From a bacterium (GTDB lineage: Bacteria > Patescibacteriota > Minisyncoccia > UBA6257 > UBA9933), in NCBI GenBank assembly GCA_021796335.1, contig JAJYHZ010000002.1:192998-256997 (forward strand): a DNA stretch of 64,000 bases, in the 5' to 3' direction. Shown here piece after piece: positions 49,176 through 58,745 of the stretch; position 1 is the first letter of the stretch; each line of letters begins with the position of its first letter. The notes beneath the pieces were generated by a model. The model ran no database searches, was not told the DNA's origin, and saw nothing but the letters and a program-made list of their open reading frames with translations. The position numbers and the translations under genes were made by a program.

Positions 49176-50627
49176 TTATTGTCTTTGCAGGATGATGTTT
49201 TTAATATCAATCGCGGTTTCTTCTTTTAAAATAATCAGAGAGACAATATAAGCCAGAGCGGAGGAGATTATTATCAGGAGGACATTGATGTTGAGGTTTA
49301 ATAGCCCTTCGATAAAGCCGACCATAACAGCCGAGGCGATAATTGTTTTTGTAAAACTGCTAATAACTCTAAACTGAAGGTGTTTTTTAAGACTGAAGTA
49401 TAGATACAGGGTTATTATGATTGTGTTTATAAGCGAAGCCAAAGCAGATCCGGCAATGCCAAATGGAGGTATGAGCAAAATATCAAAAAACAGATTTCCG
49501 AAAATTCCAAGAGCCGCATAAATAAGCAATTGACGCTCTTTTCTAAGGGCAAATAATTGATTGCCAAGCGCATTGGACATAAAGGTGGGAATAAACATCA
49601 GGCTCATTATCATAAAAGTGATTGTGGCCGGAATATACCGGTATCCGAATAATAAAACGATAATTTTTTGCGATAATAAAATTCCGCCAATTGTTAAGGG
49701 GAGGGCTAAAATTATCATCAGTGCCAAACTTTTTTCAACTATTTTTACCAGCCTTTCTTTTTGGTCGGCTAATTTCGCGGTTTGGGGGAAAAGGGCAACG
49801 GTTATCATGGCAGGCACAATAAAAATAATTTGGGTTATTCTTAATGGCGCGGAGTAGTAGCCTACCTCGGTGATGCTTTTTAACCAAGCAATCATAAGGT
49901 TGTCCGTGTTGAGCATTACTGTTCCCATAACAGCCAGAATTCCCATGGGCCAGCTGGAATAAAGAAGGGTTTTTATTATGCTTTTCGAAAAAGTTTTTTT
50001 GACGTTTTTGAGATAACGGCGGAACGGATAGAATGCGCTTATCATGCCCAGTCCTGTTCCAAGCACATATCCAAGAGAAAGAGCTTTCGGGGTTTTGGAA
50101 TAATAAAGGGCGAGAAAACCGCCGGCGACAATAAAGACATTGGTGATAATTTGAACAACAGCTTCGATCTCCATTTTTTCCCAGGCGCGGGCAAGAGAGG
50201 CGCCAAAATCCCTCAAGCTGTCAAAGGCGACAATTAGAATAACTATCGGCATCAAGTCGGCGACGGCTTTATCTTTAAAGAGAAGAGGAGACAAAACAAT
50301 TACTGAGATGGAGATGAGGGCGAGCATTATCAGTTTTATAACTAAGGCGGTGGAAAAATATTTTTCCTGGATAGAAAGATCCTTGCTGGATTCGCGGACA
50401 ATGGTCGCGTTTAATCCGAAATCGGCGAAGGTTGTGAAAAATCCGGCTAAACTTAAGGCATAAGAAAAAGCGCCGTATCCGTTAACGCTGAGGACGCGAG
50501 CGGCATAAACGATGATGGCCAGCTTGATAAGCTTTGAAAAAATCTGGCCGAAAAACAGCCAAAAGGTATTTTTGGCGACAGTCTGGCGGGCGGTTTTATT
50601 TTTGAATAAGAATTCACGAATATTCAC
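49176..50627 (-). CDS. Polysaccharide flippase (Wzx/MOP family)
   Basis: KNTFWL, DFGL, VGYYSA, GIAGSALAS; many TM helices. Confidence 0.88.
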   Translation of the reverse strand: MNIREFLFKNKTARQTVAKNTFWLFFGQIFSKLIKLAIIVYAARVLSVNGYGAFSYALSLAGFFTTFADFGLNATIVRESSKDLSIQEKYFSTALVIKLIMLALISISVIVLSPLLFKDKAVADLMPIVILIVAFDSLRDFGASLARAWEKMEIEAVVQIITNVFIVAGGFLALYYSKTPKALSLGYVLGTGLGMISAFYPFRRYLKNVKKTFSKSIIKTLLYSSWPMGILAVMGTVMLNTDNLMIAWLKSITEVGYYSAPLRITQIIFIVPAMITVALFPQTAKLADQKERLVKIVEKSLALMIILALPLTIGGILLSQKIIVLLFGYRYIPATITFMIMSLMFIPTFMSNALGNQLFALRKERQLLIYAALGIFGNLFFDILLIPPFGIAGSALASLINTIIITLYLYFSLKKHLQFRVISSFTKTIIASAVMVGFIEGLLNLNINVLLIIISSALAYIVSLIILKEETAIDIKNIILQRQ

Positions 50628-50652
50628 AAATTAAACACAAATTTCACAAATG

Positions 50653-51045
50653 CTAATTAAGCACTCTTCGAAATTCAAGCTTGTTATGTTTGAAATTAGC
50701 AATAATTCCCAATTTTAATCCTGTAGCTTCTAAATATCGTAGAACTTGCTTTATGTCATTTTGACTTATTTTCCAAATAACTTTTGTTTCCAATAAGATT
50801 TGATTATTTATTATAAAATCAGCAAAAAATTCACCCAACTCTTCATCTTCAAATTTTGTTTTTATCTGAACTTCTTTTTTATCGAGAAGACTATATTTCC
50901 CCAGTTTTATAGCAATGGCTTTTTGATAATGTTTTTCTTGGTATTTATTTCCCAGCTTATTATGCACTTCAAATAGAATTCCCATTAGTTTATAACTTAA
51001 TTCTGGATAAATAAGTTTTTCTTTATTCGTGATATTCGTGATCAT
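50653..51045 (-). CDS. GxxExxY protein (PD-(D/E)XK nuclease-like)
   Basis: EVHNKLGNKYQEKHYQ, ADFII, LLETK, QVLRYL, LGIIANF. Confidence 0.85.
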   Translation of the reverse strand: MITNITNKEKLIYPELSYKLMGILFEVHNKLGNKYQEKHYQKAIAIKLGKYSLLDKKEVQIKTKFEDEELGEFFADFIINNQILLETKVIWKISQNDIKQVLRYLEATGLKLGIIANFKHNKLEFRRVLN

Positions 51046-51066
51046 TTGTGTAAATTTGTGCGTAAA

Positions 51067-52404
51067 TTATTTCTGGTTCACAAAAAATAACTTAAGCGTT
51101 TTTAAAACAATAAGCAAATCCAAAAAAATCGAGCGGTTTTCAATGTAAAATATGTCATATTGGAGTTTTTCGACTGCGTCTTGAACGGAGGCGCCGTAGC
51201 GGTAATTGATTTGCGCCCAGCCGGTGATACCGGGTTTGGTCAAATGGCGGATTTCGTAATAAGGGATTTGATCCTTCAATTCTTTGACGAATTCGGGGCG
51301 TTCGGGACGGGGGCCGACAAAAGAAATATTTCCTTTAAAGACGTTGACTAGTTGCGGCAATTCGTCTAAGTGTGTGTATCTTAGAAATTTTCCGAATTTA
51401 GTTACGCGGTTGTCGCCGGGCTGGGACCATTGAGCGCCGTTTTTCTCGGCATCAAGGCGCATCGTTCTGAATTTATAAAGAGTAAATTCTTTTTCATTTT
51501 TTCCGATGCGGATTTGCTTATAAATCACAGGACCGAGAGAAGTCAGTTTGCCGATTAAAAATATAATAAGAAAAAACGGAGAAAAAATAATCAAGGCAAT
51601 TAAGGCGAAAATTTCATCAAGAATGTTTTTCCCCATGTCATATAGGCCGGTTTTATAAATGAAGTTTTCCAAAAACCAAGCTTCTTCCAACTCGGTTAGC
51701 GGGACCTTTTGGAAAATATTTTCATAGAATTCGGAAAGGTTGAGAACTCGGATTCCCAAGGGGAGATTTTTATAAATTAATTTCGCCAAGCGGATTTTTT
51801 CGGTTAAGTGGGCGGGAATGACAATTAATTTTATATTGTTTTTTAAAATGATTTGAGAAAGATTTTCGGCATTGGTCAGCTCATTTTCATGGATTTTCAA
51901 TTTAATTTGAAAACCGAATTGAGCGTGGATTTTTAAAAATTCGTCGAGTTTTTCCGGCAGATCATTTTTTTGATCAGAGGTGATAATTAAAACATTTTCG
52001 GGCGATTTTGATCTGATATTGAAAAAGTTAAAAAAGTATCGCCAGGCGAATTCCAAAATTCCAAAAACAATTATAAAGATAAGCAAGTTTGTTTTAGGAG
52101 CAATGCCAAAGAAGGGAATCAAATAAAAGAAGGCGATGGCTATAAAGATATTAATCAAAAGAGAAATGGCGAATTTTTTGAAAAAATTAAGATTATTGCG
52201 CAGAGTTTTGCTTTCGTAAAGGTCGTTGATATAAAAGACAATCAGCCAGATGATGAAAATAAGAGAAAAAGGCAGGATGTGAAGAGAAATCTTGCTCGCG
52301 AATTGTTGCGGACCATAACGCAAATCAAGGGTCAGAAGCAGAGATCCGTATAAAATAATAATATCGCTTATTAAAAGAAGAAATTGTTTAAATTTGGAAA
52401 GCAT
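51067..52404 (-). CDS. Polyprenyl-phosphate sugar transferase (WcaJ/WbaP family)
   Basis: YKFRTM, DELPQL, VGPRPERP, KPGITGWAQ. Confidence 0.92.
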   Translation of the reverse strand: MLSKFKQFLLLISDIIILYGSLLLTLDLRYGPQQFASKISLHILPFSLIFIIWLIVFYINDLYESKTLRNNLNFFKKFAISLLINIFIAIAFFYLIPFFGIAPKTNLLIFIIVFGILEFAWRYFFNFFNIRSKSPENVLIITSDQKNDLPEKLDEFLKIHAQFGFQIKLKIHENELTNAENLSQIILKNNIKLIVIPAHLTEKIRLAKLIYKNLPLGIRVLNLSEFYENIFQKVPLTELEEAWFLENFIYKTGLYDMGKNILDEIFALIALIIFSPFFLIIFLIGKLTSLGPVIYKQIRIGKNEKEFTLYKFRTMRLDAEKNGAQWSQPGDNRVTKFGKFLRYTHLDELPQLVNVFKGNISFVGPRPERPEFVKELKDQIPYYEIRHLTKPGITGWAQINYRYGASVQDAVEKLQYDIFYIENRSIFLDLLIVLKTLKLFFVNQK

Positions 52405-52755
52405 TAATTCTTAAATCGTTCTAATTAGTTTAATTTTGATTATGAGCTTTTTCCCCGTCGATTGGCGGATCAGGATGACGCAGAGGGGACTCAGGATAGC
52501 ACCCTTTTCGCTTTATTCAGGACGATATGGCAGACGATAGACGGTTTTTGAAATTGCTTTTGTTGACTATAGTTTCGGGGTGAATTATTATTTTAAAAAG
52601 CCGAAAATATATTTAAATTCTAATCTTTTTTTAACAAATTATGAAGGTTTCTCCCGGGCAAGATTCAGGGATAGACCTTTGTTGCGGTATTGCTCGTCCA
52701 AAATGAAAAAATCTTATTTTTTCATTTTGTTCCCTGCTTGTCCGCATTAAACAAA

Positions 52756-53577
52756 ATGGACAATAAAAATTCTAACAAATGGGCAATACCGGCAGCTATA
52801 ATTTTTGCAGCTCTTCTTATCGGAGGCGCATTAATTTATTCAACCGGGAAGAAAAGCATTGATTCCCAGCAAGGAAATGGCGCCAACCAACAGCAAAATC
52901 AGCAGGCAAATCAACCGGGAAATGCAAACCAGCAGCAAACAAATTCGGGCCAGGCCTCGGGTCCTTCCATAGACAGCAGCGATGTTGTTTTGGGAAATGC
53001 AAATGCTCCGCTGACAATTATCGAATTCGGGGATTTCCAATGCCCGTTTTGCACGAAGTTTTCTCAGGAAATCGAGCCTCAATTAAGGACTAATTATATA
53101 GATACGGGCAAGGCGAAAATGGTTTACAAGCCGCTGGCGTTTTTGGATTCCCAATCGCAATATAAAGAATCGCAAAATGCCGTAGCTGCGGTGGAATGCG
53201 CCAAAGAGCAAGGCAAGTTTTGGGATTTTCATGACGCGATTTTCAAATTCGAATACGGAGAATTGCAAAAGGAAATGGCCGGCCAGCTTCAAACTACGGA
53301 AAATATCGGAGTTTTGAACAGGGCTTTATTCCAGAGAATCGCGGGTGATCTTAAAATGGATACAAATAAGTTTTTGTCTTGCTATGATTCGGGGAAATAT
53401 GCCAACGCCTACCAAACTTACATGCAAGAGGGAGAGGCGGCTATGCCACAGGGAATCGGCACTCCCGCAGTTTTCGTAAACGGGCAAAAGGCGGAACTTC
53501 AGATTAATTCTTCGGGACAATTTGATTTCAACGCTTTTTCCCGGGTTCTGGATGGAATGCTGGGGAATGGCAAATAG
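52756..53577 (+). CDS. DsbA/thioredoxin-fold membrane-anchored oxidoreductase
   Basis: EFGDFQCPFC, GTPAVFVNG; start taken at MDNKNS. Confidence 0.88.
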   Translation: MDNKNSNKWAIPAAIIFAALLIGGALIYSTGKKSIDSQQGNGANQQQNQQANQPGNANQQQTNSGQASGPSIDSSDVVLGNANAPLTIIEFGDFQCPFCTKFSQEIEPQLRTNYIDTGKAKMVYKPLAFLDSQSQYKESQNAVAAVECAKEQGKFWDFHDAIFKFEYGELQKEMAGQLQTTENIGVLNRALFQRIAGDLKMDTNKFLSCYDSGKYANAYQTYMQEGEAAMPQGIGTPAVFVNGQKAELQINSSGQFDFNAFSRVLDGMLGNGK

Positions 53578-53679
53578 CGGATAGCTAATGGCGAATAGCC
53601 ACAGCTAAACAGAAAGGATTATTAACAGATGTGGTAAAATCCAAAGAAAGGTCGTTAGATCAGAATAGCAGAAAGTTAT

Positions 53680-53919
53680 ATGGCCAAAGTTACAATTTAT
53701 TCAACTCCAACTTGTCCTTATTGCGAAATGACAAAGGAGTATTTGAAAAAGAACAATATTGAGTTTGAAAATAAAGATGTCAGCGAGGATGAAAATTCCG
53801 CACGGGAAATGGTTGAAAAATCCCACCAATTGGGAGTTCCGGTCATAGATATTGACGGAGCAATAATCGTCGGCTTTAACCGGCCCGAAATAGATAAGGC
53901 ATTGGGGTTGCAAAAATAA
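53680..53919 (+). CDS. Glutaredoxin (NrdH/YruB-like)
   Basis: YSTPTCPYC, GVPVIDI. Confidence 0.9.
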   Translation: MAKVTIYSTPTCPYCEMTKEYLKKNNIEFENKDVSEDENSAREMVEKSHQLGVPVIDIDGAIIVGFNRPEIDKALGLQK

Positions 53920-53976
53920 CTACAGCCTACAGGCCACAGGCTGCACACTAATCGTTGTAGTCCGTAGCCTGTAGTC
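53920..53976. repeat. Inverted array of 7-nt imperfect repeats (CTACAGC-like / CTGTAGT-like)
   Basis: Same family as 11095-11169. Confidence 0.65.
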
Positions 53977-53981
53977 GGTCT

Positions 53982-54935
53982 ATGCAAAAATACGATTTGA
54001 TAATTTTAGGCGGAGGTCCGGCCGGAGTGGCTGCCGGAATTTATGCCGCGCGAAAAAAAATAAATGCTCTGCTTTTGACAAAAAGCGTCGGAGGCCAGTC
54101 AATCGTATCAGCTAAAATAGAAAATGTTATCGGCTTGAATTCCCTTTCAGGCGAGGAGCTTTCAAATATTTTCGAGAATCAGCTGAAATCTTATCCGAAC
54201 TTGGAATTGGAAACGGGAATTTCCGTTGAATCCATAAAAAAAATCGAGGATGTATTTGAAATAAAGGATTCAAGCGGGAATTCCTATCAGGCAAATTATG
54301 TTTTGAACGCGATGGGCAGCGGATACCGGAAGCTTGGCGTGCCCGGCGAAAAAGAATTCGGAGGCGAGGGAGTTTTTTATTGCTCAACCTGCGATGCGCC
54401 TTTGATGAAAAATAAAATAGCGGCGGTAATCGGCGGAGGAAACAGCGGGTTTAACGCGGTTATCGATTTACTGCCGTATGCGTCGGAAATTTATCTTCTG
54501 GAAGCAGCCGGCCAATTGAGAGGAGATCCGATTTTACAGGATAAAATAAAAAACGAAAGAGTAAGGGTTATTTTAAACGCCAAAGTTTTGGAAATTTCCG
54601 GAAGCGGGTTAGTAAACGGCTTAAAATATTTGGATTTGGCCGCAAACGAAGAAAAATTCCTGAATCTTTCCGGTATTTTTGTGGAAATCGGATATGAGCC
54701 GAATACCGAATTGGTAAACGGAATGGTGAATTTGAATGAAAAGAGACAAATTATTGTCGATCACAAAACAATGAGAACGTCTATTGACGGAATGTGGGCA
54801 GCCGGAGACATAACCGACGGTTTGTATAATCAAATAAACACTGCTATTGGAGACGGCATAAAAGCGATTTTAAACATCTACGACACTATTAAATCCCGCA
54901 GCGAAAAAGATAAAATTTTGGAGCCAATAAATTAA
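53982..54935 (+). CDS. Thioredoxin reductase / AhpF-like flavoprotein
   Basis: GGGPAG, YCSTCDAP, GGGNSG, AAGDIT. Confidence 0.9.
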   Translation: MQKYDLIILGGGPAGVAAGIYAARKKINALLLTKSVGGQSIVSAKIENVIGLNSLSGEELSNIFENQLKSYPNLELETGISVESIKKIEDVFEIKDSSGNSYQANYVLNAMGSGYRKLGVPGEKEFGGEGVFYCSTCDAPLMKNKIAAVIGGGNSGFNAVIDLLPYASEIYLLEAAGQLRGDPILQDKIKNERVRVILNAKVLEISGSGLVNGLKYLDLAANEEKFLNLSGIFVEIGYEPNTELVNGMVNLNEKRQIIVDHKTMRTSIDGMWAAGDITDGLYNQINTAIGDGIKAILNIYDTIKSRSEKDKILEPIN

Positions 54936-55283
54936 TTTTATATACTTGCCTCTGTTAGTAAGCGAAACTACGGGCGCAAGTTCGCGGATATCCGGCATAT
55001 TTCATAATGCTTCCATATGTGTAAGCATTATGAATAAGCGAAGTTCGTAATTAATATAATAATATAAGCATTCTGCTTAGCGGAATATTTATCCGAAAAC
55101 CAAATGCCATAGCCGTGAGGCTGCAATGATTGTTCTTTCTTTTTTGCACGGATATATTCTGACAAAGACGGAATTTTGCCGCAGGGCTTGAATTCTTCCT
55201 TTTTATTTATTACACTTTTCTTATTGTTTAGCCCTGAATGGGCCTTTTTGGTCAAAGGCCGATCGGGCTTAACTTTTTTATAT

Positions 55284-56081
55284 ATGGCAGAAGAAGCACA
55301 AAAATTAAATGCGGATTTGGATGAGATAGTCCAGGAGGAAAGCTTTGATGAAAGCGAAATTAAGCTTTTGCGGGAAATGGCGGAAAAGGGAATAATGTAC
55401 GGACATAAGAAAAACAGGACTAATCCGAAATTCAAGCCTTATATTTTTGCCACCAGAAACGGATTAGAAATAATAGATCTGGGGAAAACAGTTAAAGGAT
55501 TGGAAACGGCGATTGAATTTTTAAAAAAGCAGCTGAGCGAGAATAAGACAGTTCTTTTAATCGGGATGCAGCCGGCGAGCTGGGAATCCATGGGCGAATT
55601 GGCGAAGAAATATAATTTTTCAATGGCAAAGAACGGCTGGATCGGCGGTTTACTGACAAACTTTAAGAATGTTTCGCAGAGAATCGAGTATTTCAAAAAA
55701 CTGCGAGACGGCATGGCAAAGGGAGAATTTGAAAAATATACCAAAAAGGAAAGAGTGATGATCAGCAAGAATATCGAAAAAATGAAACTGATGTTCGAGG
55801 GATTGGAAAATCTGGTCAAGATCCCCGATGTTGTTTTCGTAATTGACACCGCATTAAAGAGCCATGTTACCGCCATTAAGGAAGCAAAATTGTTAAATAT
55901 ACCCGTTATAGCGGTAATGGACAGCGATGACGATCCGGAACGGGCCAAGTACGTTATTCCCGCCAACGATCATTCAAAATTAAGCATTGATTGGATCATG
56001 GAGAAAATCGGCCAAGAATTGTCTTCTGTTAAAATAAGCGAAAACATCAACAAACCGCAATCTACAGACAGCGGCAAATAA
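55284..56081 (+). CDS. rpsB: 30S ribosomal protein S2
   Basis: YGH...NPKFKPYI, WIGGLLTN, IPANDHS; start taken at MAEEAQ. Confidence 0.93.
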   Translation: MAEEAQKLNADLDEIVQEESFDESEIKLLREMAEKGIMYGHKKNRTNPKFKPYIFATRNGLEIIDLGKTVKGLETAIEFLKKQLSENKTVLLIGMQPASWESMGELAKKYNFSMAKNGWIGGLLTNFKNVSQRIEYFKKLRDGMAKGEFEKYTKKERVMISKNIEKMKLMFEGLENLVKIPDVVFVIDTALKSHVTAIKEAKLLNIPVIAVMDSDDDPERAKYVIPANDHSKLSIDWIMEKIGQELSSVKISENINKPQSTDSGK

Positions 56082-56123
56082 AATTCGCAAATTTATTTGT
56101 GTTGCCGTCAGATTTTTATTTTT

Positions 56124-56570
56124 ATGGCAAATGCAACCGACATTCAAAAATTACGAGAAGTTACCGGCGCCGGAGTCATGGAATGTAAAAAAGCGCTGGA
56201 CGAAGCAGGCGGTGATTTCGAAAAGGCAAAAGCAATTATTTACGAAAGAGGATTAGCCAAGGCGGAAAAACGCGGGGGAAGGGCGACCGGAGCCGGAGTT
56301 CTGGAAACTTATATCCACAACGAAAGGGTCGGAGTTTTGCTGGAGTTGCGCTGTGAAACCGATTTCGTGGCAAGGACGGAAATGTTCCGCGAGTTGGCTC
56401 ATGATCTGGTAATGCACATCGTCGCAATGAATCCGGAGAATGTCGAGGAATTATCGAAGCAAAATTTCGTTAAGGACGAATCAAAGACTGTCGATGATCT
56501 GGTGAAAACCGCAATTGCCAAATCCGGAGAAAATATAAGAGTGGAAAAATTCTGCAGGTATGAACTCTAG
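56124..56570 (+). CDS. tsf: Elongation factor Ts (short form)
   Basis: [29 protein letters not shown]. Confidence 0.95.
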   Translation: MANATDIQKLREVTGAGVMECKKALDEAGGDFEKAKAIIYERGLAKAEKRGGRATGAGVLETYIHNERVGVLLELRCETDFVARTEMFRELAHDLVMHIVAMNPENVEELSKQNFVKDESKTVDDLVKTAIAKSGENIRVEKFCRYEL

Positions 56571-56600
56571 CCAATAGCTATTTACAACCGGCTTAATTCA

Positions 56601-57011
56601 ATGTATAGCTTCATCCTTCAAATTTTAATAATGGGCTCTTTGGGGGCAATGATATATTTAATTGCCCGGAAAATCCCTTTAATCAGCGACAGGGCCGAAG
56701 AAAACGGTTTAATGCATCCGAAAGGATTTTTCGGCAAGGTGGAATTTATGATTGAGTCGTTGCCGCTTGAAAAAATGGATTTTGCATTCAGCCGATTTTT
56801 TGAGAAAAAATTAAGGCAGTTGCGGATCGGTTTGATGAAGATGGATAATTATTTGGTTAAGCATTTGGAGACTTTTAAAAATATTAAAAACGCGCGGCAT
56901 TCTCTTAATGTCAGAAGGGCAAGATTCGAGAAACTATATGAGAGTCAGCTGGAGAATAACGGAGGAGCGGGAAAAAAAGAAGCTGATGCAACATCTAAAG
57001 AAATCGAGTAA
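56601..57011 (+). CDS. Hypothetical membrane-anchored protein
   Basis: N-terminal TM, EKKLRQLRIGLMKMDN. Confidence 0.6.
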   Translation: MYSFILQILIMGSLGAMIYLIARKIPLISDRAEENGLMHPKGFFGKVEFMIESLPLEKMDFAFSRFFEKKLRQLRIGLMKMDNYLVKHLETFKNIKNARHSLNVRRARFEKLYESQLENNGGAGKKEADATSKEIE

Positions 57012-57023
57012 GATTCTTGAAAT

Positions 57024-57110
57024 GCGCAGGTGGCAGAGCGGTCAATTGCATCAGACTGTAAATCTGACGCCTTTATGGCTACGGGGGTTCGAATCCCTCC
57101 CTGCGCACCA
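57024..57110 (+). tRNA. tRNA-Tyr(GUA)
   Basis: TCAGA-CTGTAAA-TCTGA, long variable arm, encoded CCA. Confidence 0.95.
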
Positions 57111-57121
57111 GTAAGGAGATT

Positions 57122-57192
57122 GCCTCCTTAGCTTAGTGGCAAAGCAATGCTTTTGTAAAGCAAGGACGGGGGTTCGATTCCTCCAGGAGGCT
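57122..57192 (+). tRNA. tRNA-Thr(UGU)
   Basis: GCCTCCT/AGGAGGC acceptor, TTTGTAA loop, GGTTCGATTCC. Confidence 0.9.
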
Positions 57193-57252
57193 CACTAAAT
57201 AATAGTCAGTATCTTTCCTATTATTTAGTAGTTAGTTTAAAAATAAGCAAAT

Positions 57253-57325
57253 GCCAATGTAGCTCAGCTGGTAGAGCAACTCCATGGTAAGGAGTAGGTC
57301 GCCGGTTCGACTCCGGCCATTGGCT
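57253..57325 (+). tRNA. tRNA-Thr(GGU)
   Basis: ACTCC-ATGGTAA-GGAGT, GCCGG-TTCGACT-CCGGC. Confidence 0.95.
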
Positions 57326-57426
57326 CACAAAGCAGAGTATAGGATATAGGATTTAGGATTGACGTATATATCTTTTTGCTGTAAATTGATTTAGGCTAAA
57401 TTCTACATCCTGAATTCTATTTAAAT

Positions 57427-57597
57427 ATGGCAAAATCAAAATTAAAAGAACAATTAACCAGGCTTCGTTGCTCCAAATGCAAGCATGTAAACTATCATAC
57501 TCGCAAAAACAAGAAGACAGTGGACAGAAAGCTGGAATTCAAAAAATATTGCAAATGGTGTAAAGCCACCACTGTGCACAAAGAGGCTAGAAGATAG
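57427..57597 (+). CDS. rpmG: 50S ribosomal protein L33 (Zn-binding form)
   Basis: Manual translation MAKSKLKEQLTRLRCSKCKHVNYHTRKNKKTVDRKLEFKKYCKWCKATTVHKEARR. Confidence 0.93.
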   Translation: MAKSKLKEQLTRLRCSKCKHVNYHTRKNKKTVDRKLEFKKYCKWCKATTVHKEARR

Positions 57598-57618
57598 TCT
57601 CTTTTGTATTTTTGGATT

Positions 57619-58434
57619 ATGGAAAAGAAAAATTTTCCTATAACTGAATCAATCCCGCTGAAAGAAAATAAAGAAAAAGAATTGGTTGAATTTATAAAGG
57701 CAATTTCCGAGCAGTTGCGAAATGAGGGCATTCCGGTTAAAGATGACGGCCGAATTGATATGGATGCTTTTGAGGGAGAGTTATCTTCAAAAAACGATAT
57801 TGAAGCGGATAAAAAAGTAGTGGAAGAATATGAAAAAGAATGGCATAAAGATTTGAGCCAAGAAGAAATCGAAAAATCAAAAACAAAACGAGACGGGCCG
57901 AAACTGGAGATGTTTAAGACGGCCTTATTTAATAAATTTTTAAATAAGGATTTTATTGTGGCCAGGTCATCCGAATTTGATGATATAAAGCGCGGGATTG
58001 ATAATGTTATTTTGGAGAGATCGACCGGCAATTTAGTTTGCGCTTTGGATGAAGTGGCGGATGAATCGGGAGACAGGTTCTTAAATAAAAAAGATTCGGT
58101 TTTAGAAAAAAATAAAGAATATAATGGGAATAAATTAAGGTATGCCCTCAGTGTCCGGAATGGAAAAGTTGTGAAAATAAAAGAAGTGCAATCGCCGGTT
58201 TTTTATTTGGCGTTATCAAAGAAAACATTAGATGAGGGAATTCAGGGATTTATTCCGTCTTTAGAGGAAAAATCGGAAAAAGAGATTGATATTTTCAATC
58301 ATTTTATTAGTTCTATTTATAATCAATATACAACTTTAAAATTGAGGGGAGATTTGCAGCCGGTTTTTAAGAAAAAGTTGGAATATTTGCGAGATACAAT
58401 CGGGAAATTGGCAGAGAAAATGCAAATAAATTAA
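57619..58434 (+). CDS. Hypothetical protein
   Basis: Long ORF with SEFDDIKRGIDNV...CALDEV motif, possibly a nuclease-like fold. Confidence 0.6.
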   Translation: MEKKNFPITESIPLKENKEKELVEFIKAISEQLRNEGIPVKDDGRIDMDAFEGELSSKNDIEADKKVVEEYEKEWHKDLSQEEIEKSKTKRDGPKLEMFKTALFNKFLNKDFIVARSSEFDDIKRGIDNVILERSTGNLVCALDEVADESGDRFLNKKDSVLEKNKEYNGNKLRYALSVRNGKVVKIKEVQSPVFYLALSKKTLDEGIQGFIPSLEEKSEKEIDIFNHFISSIYNQYTTLKLRGDLQPVFKKKLEYLRDTIGKLAEKMQIN

Positions 58435-58499
58435 TCGGTATATTCATCTTTACCAGGCTTGATTTAGCCTTTATAATGCATATGTCATATGTGCAGATT

Positions 58500-58543
58500 G
58501 GGTTCATAGTTTAATGGCAGAATTTCGGTCTCCAATCCACCGA
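58500..58543 (+). pseudogene. 5' fragment of a second tRNA-Trp(CCA)
   Basis: GGGTTCA-TA-GTTTAATGGCAGAAT-T-TCGGT-CTCCAA; no T arm or 3' acceptor strand found. Confidence 0.55.
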
Positions 58544-58604
58544 AATAAAATGGGTCTGTCGGTCATGGCAATATTTGTCTCTATCCTAGCAACTTTCTTC
58601 AAAT

Positions 58605-58675
58605 GGGTGTTTAGGTAAGTGGTATACCTGCGGTCTCCAAAACCGCGATCGGGGGTTCGATTCCCTCAACACCCG
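58605..58675 (+). tRNA. tRNA-Trp(CCA)
   Basis: GGGTGTT/AACACCC, GCGGT-CTCCAAA-ACCGC, GGTTCGATTCC. Confidence 0.92.
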
Positions 58676-58745
58676 CCCCGTTGAGCAGCGGTTCAAGGGA
58701 CTGCATTTGTTTGTATCAGAAAAAACTTCAAGTAAAATTGATTCA

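Noticed and set aside
54955-55050. c-di-GMP-I riboswitch resemblance (GCGAAA...GGGCGCAA)
   Set aside because: The conserved GGCAAAC and P2/P3 features cannot be matched convincingly. Kept only as an unassigned structured region.
57495-58031. Antisense and alternative-frame ORFs in the track (e.g. 2805-3230, 18482-18907, 36795-37346, 55439-55966, 57495-58031)
   Set aside because: They overlap well-supported genes and lack motifs, so they are treated as shadow ORFs.
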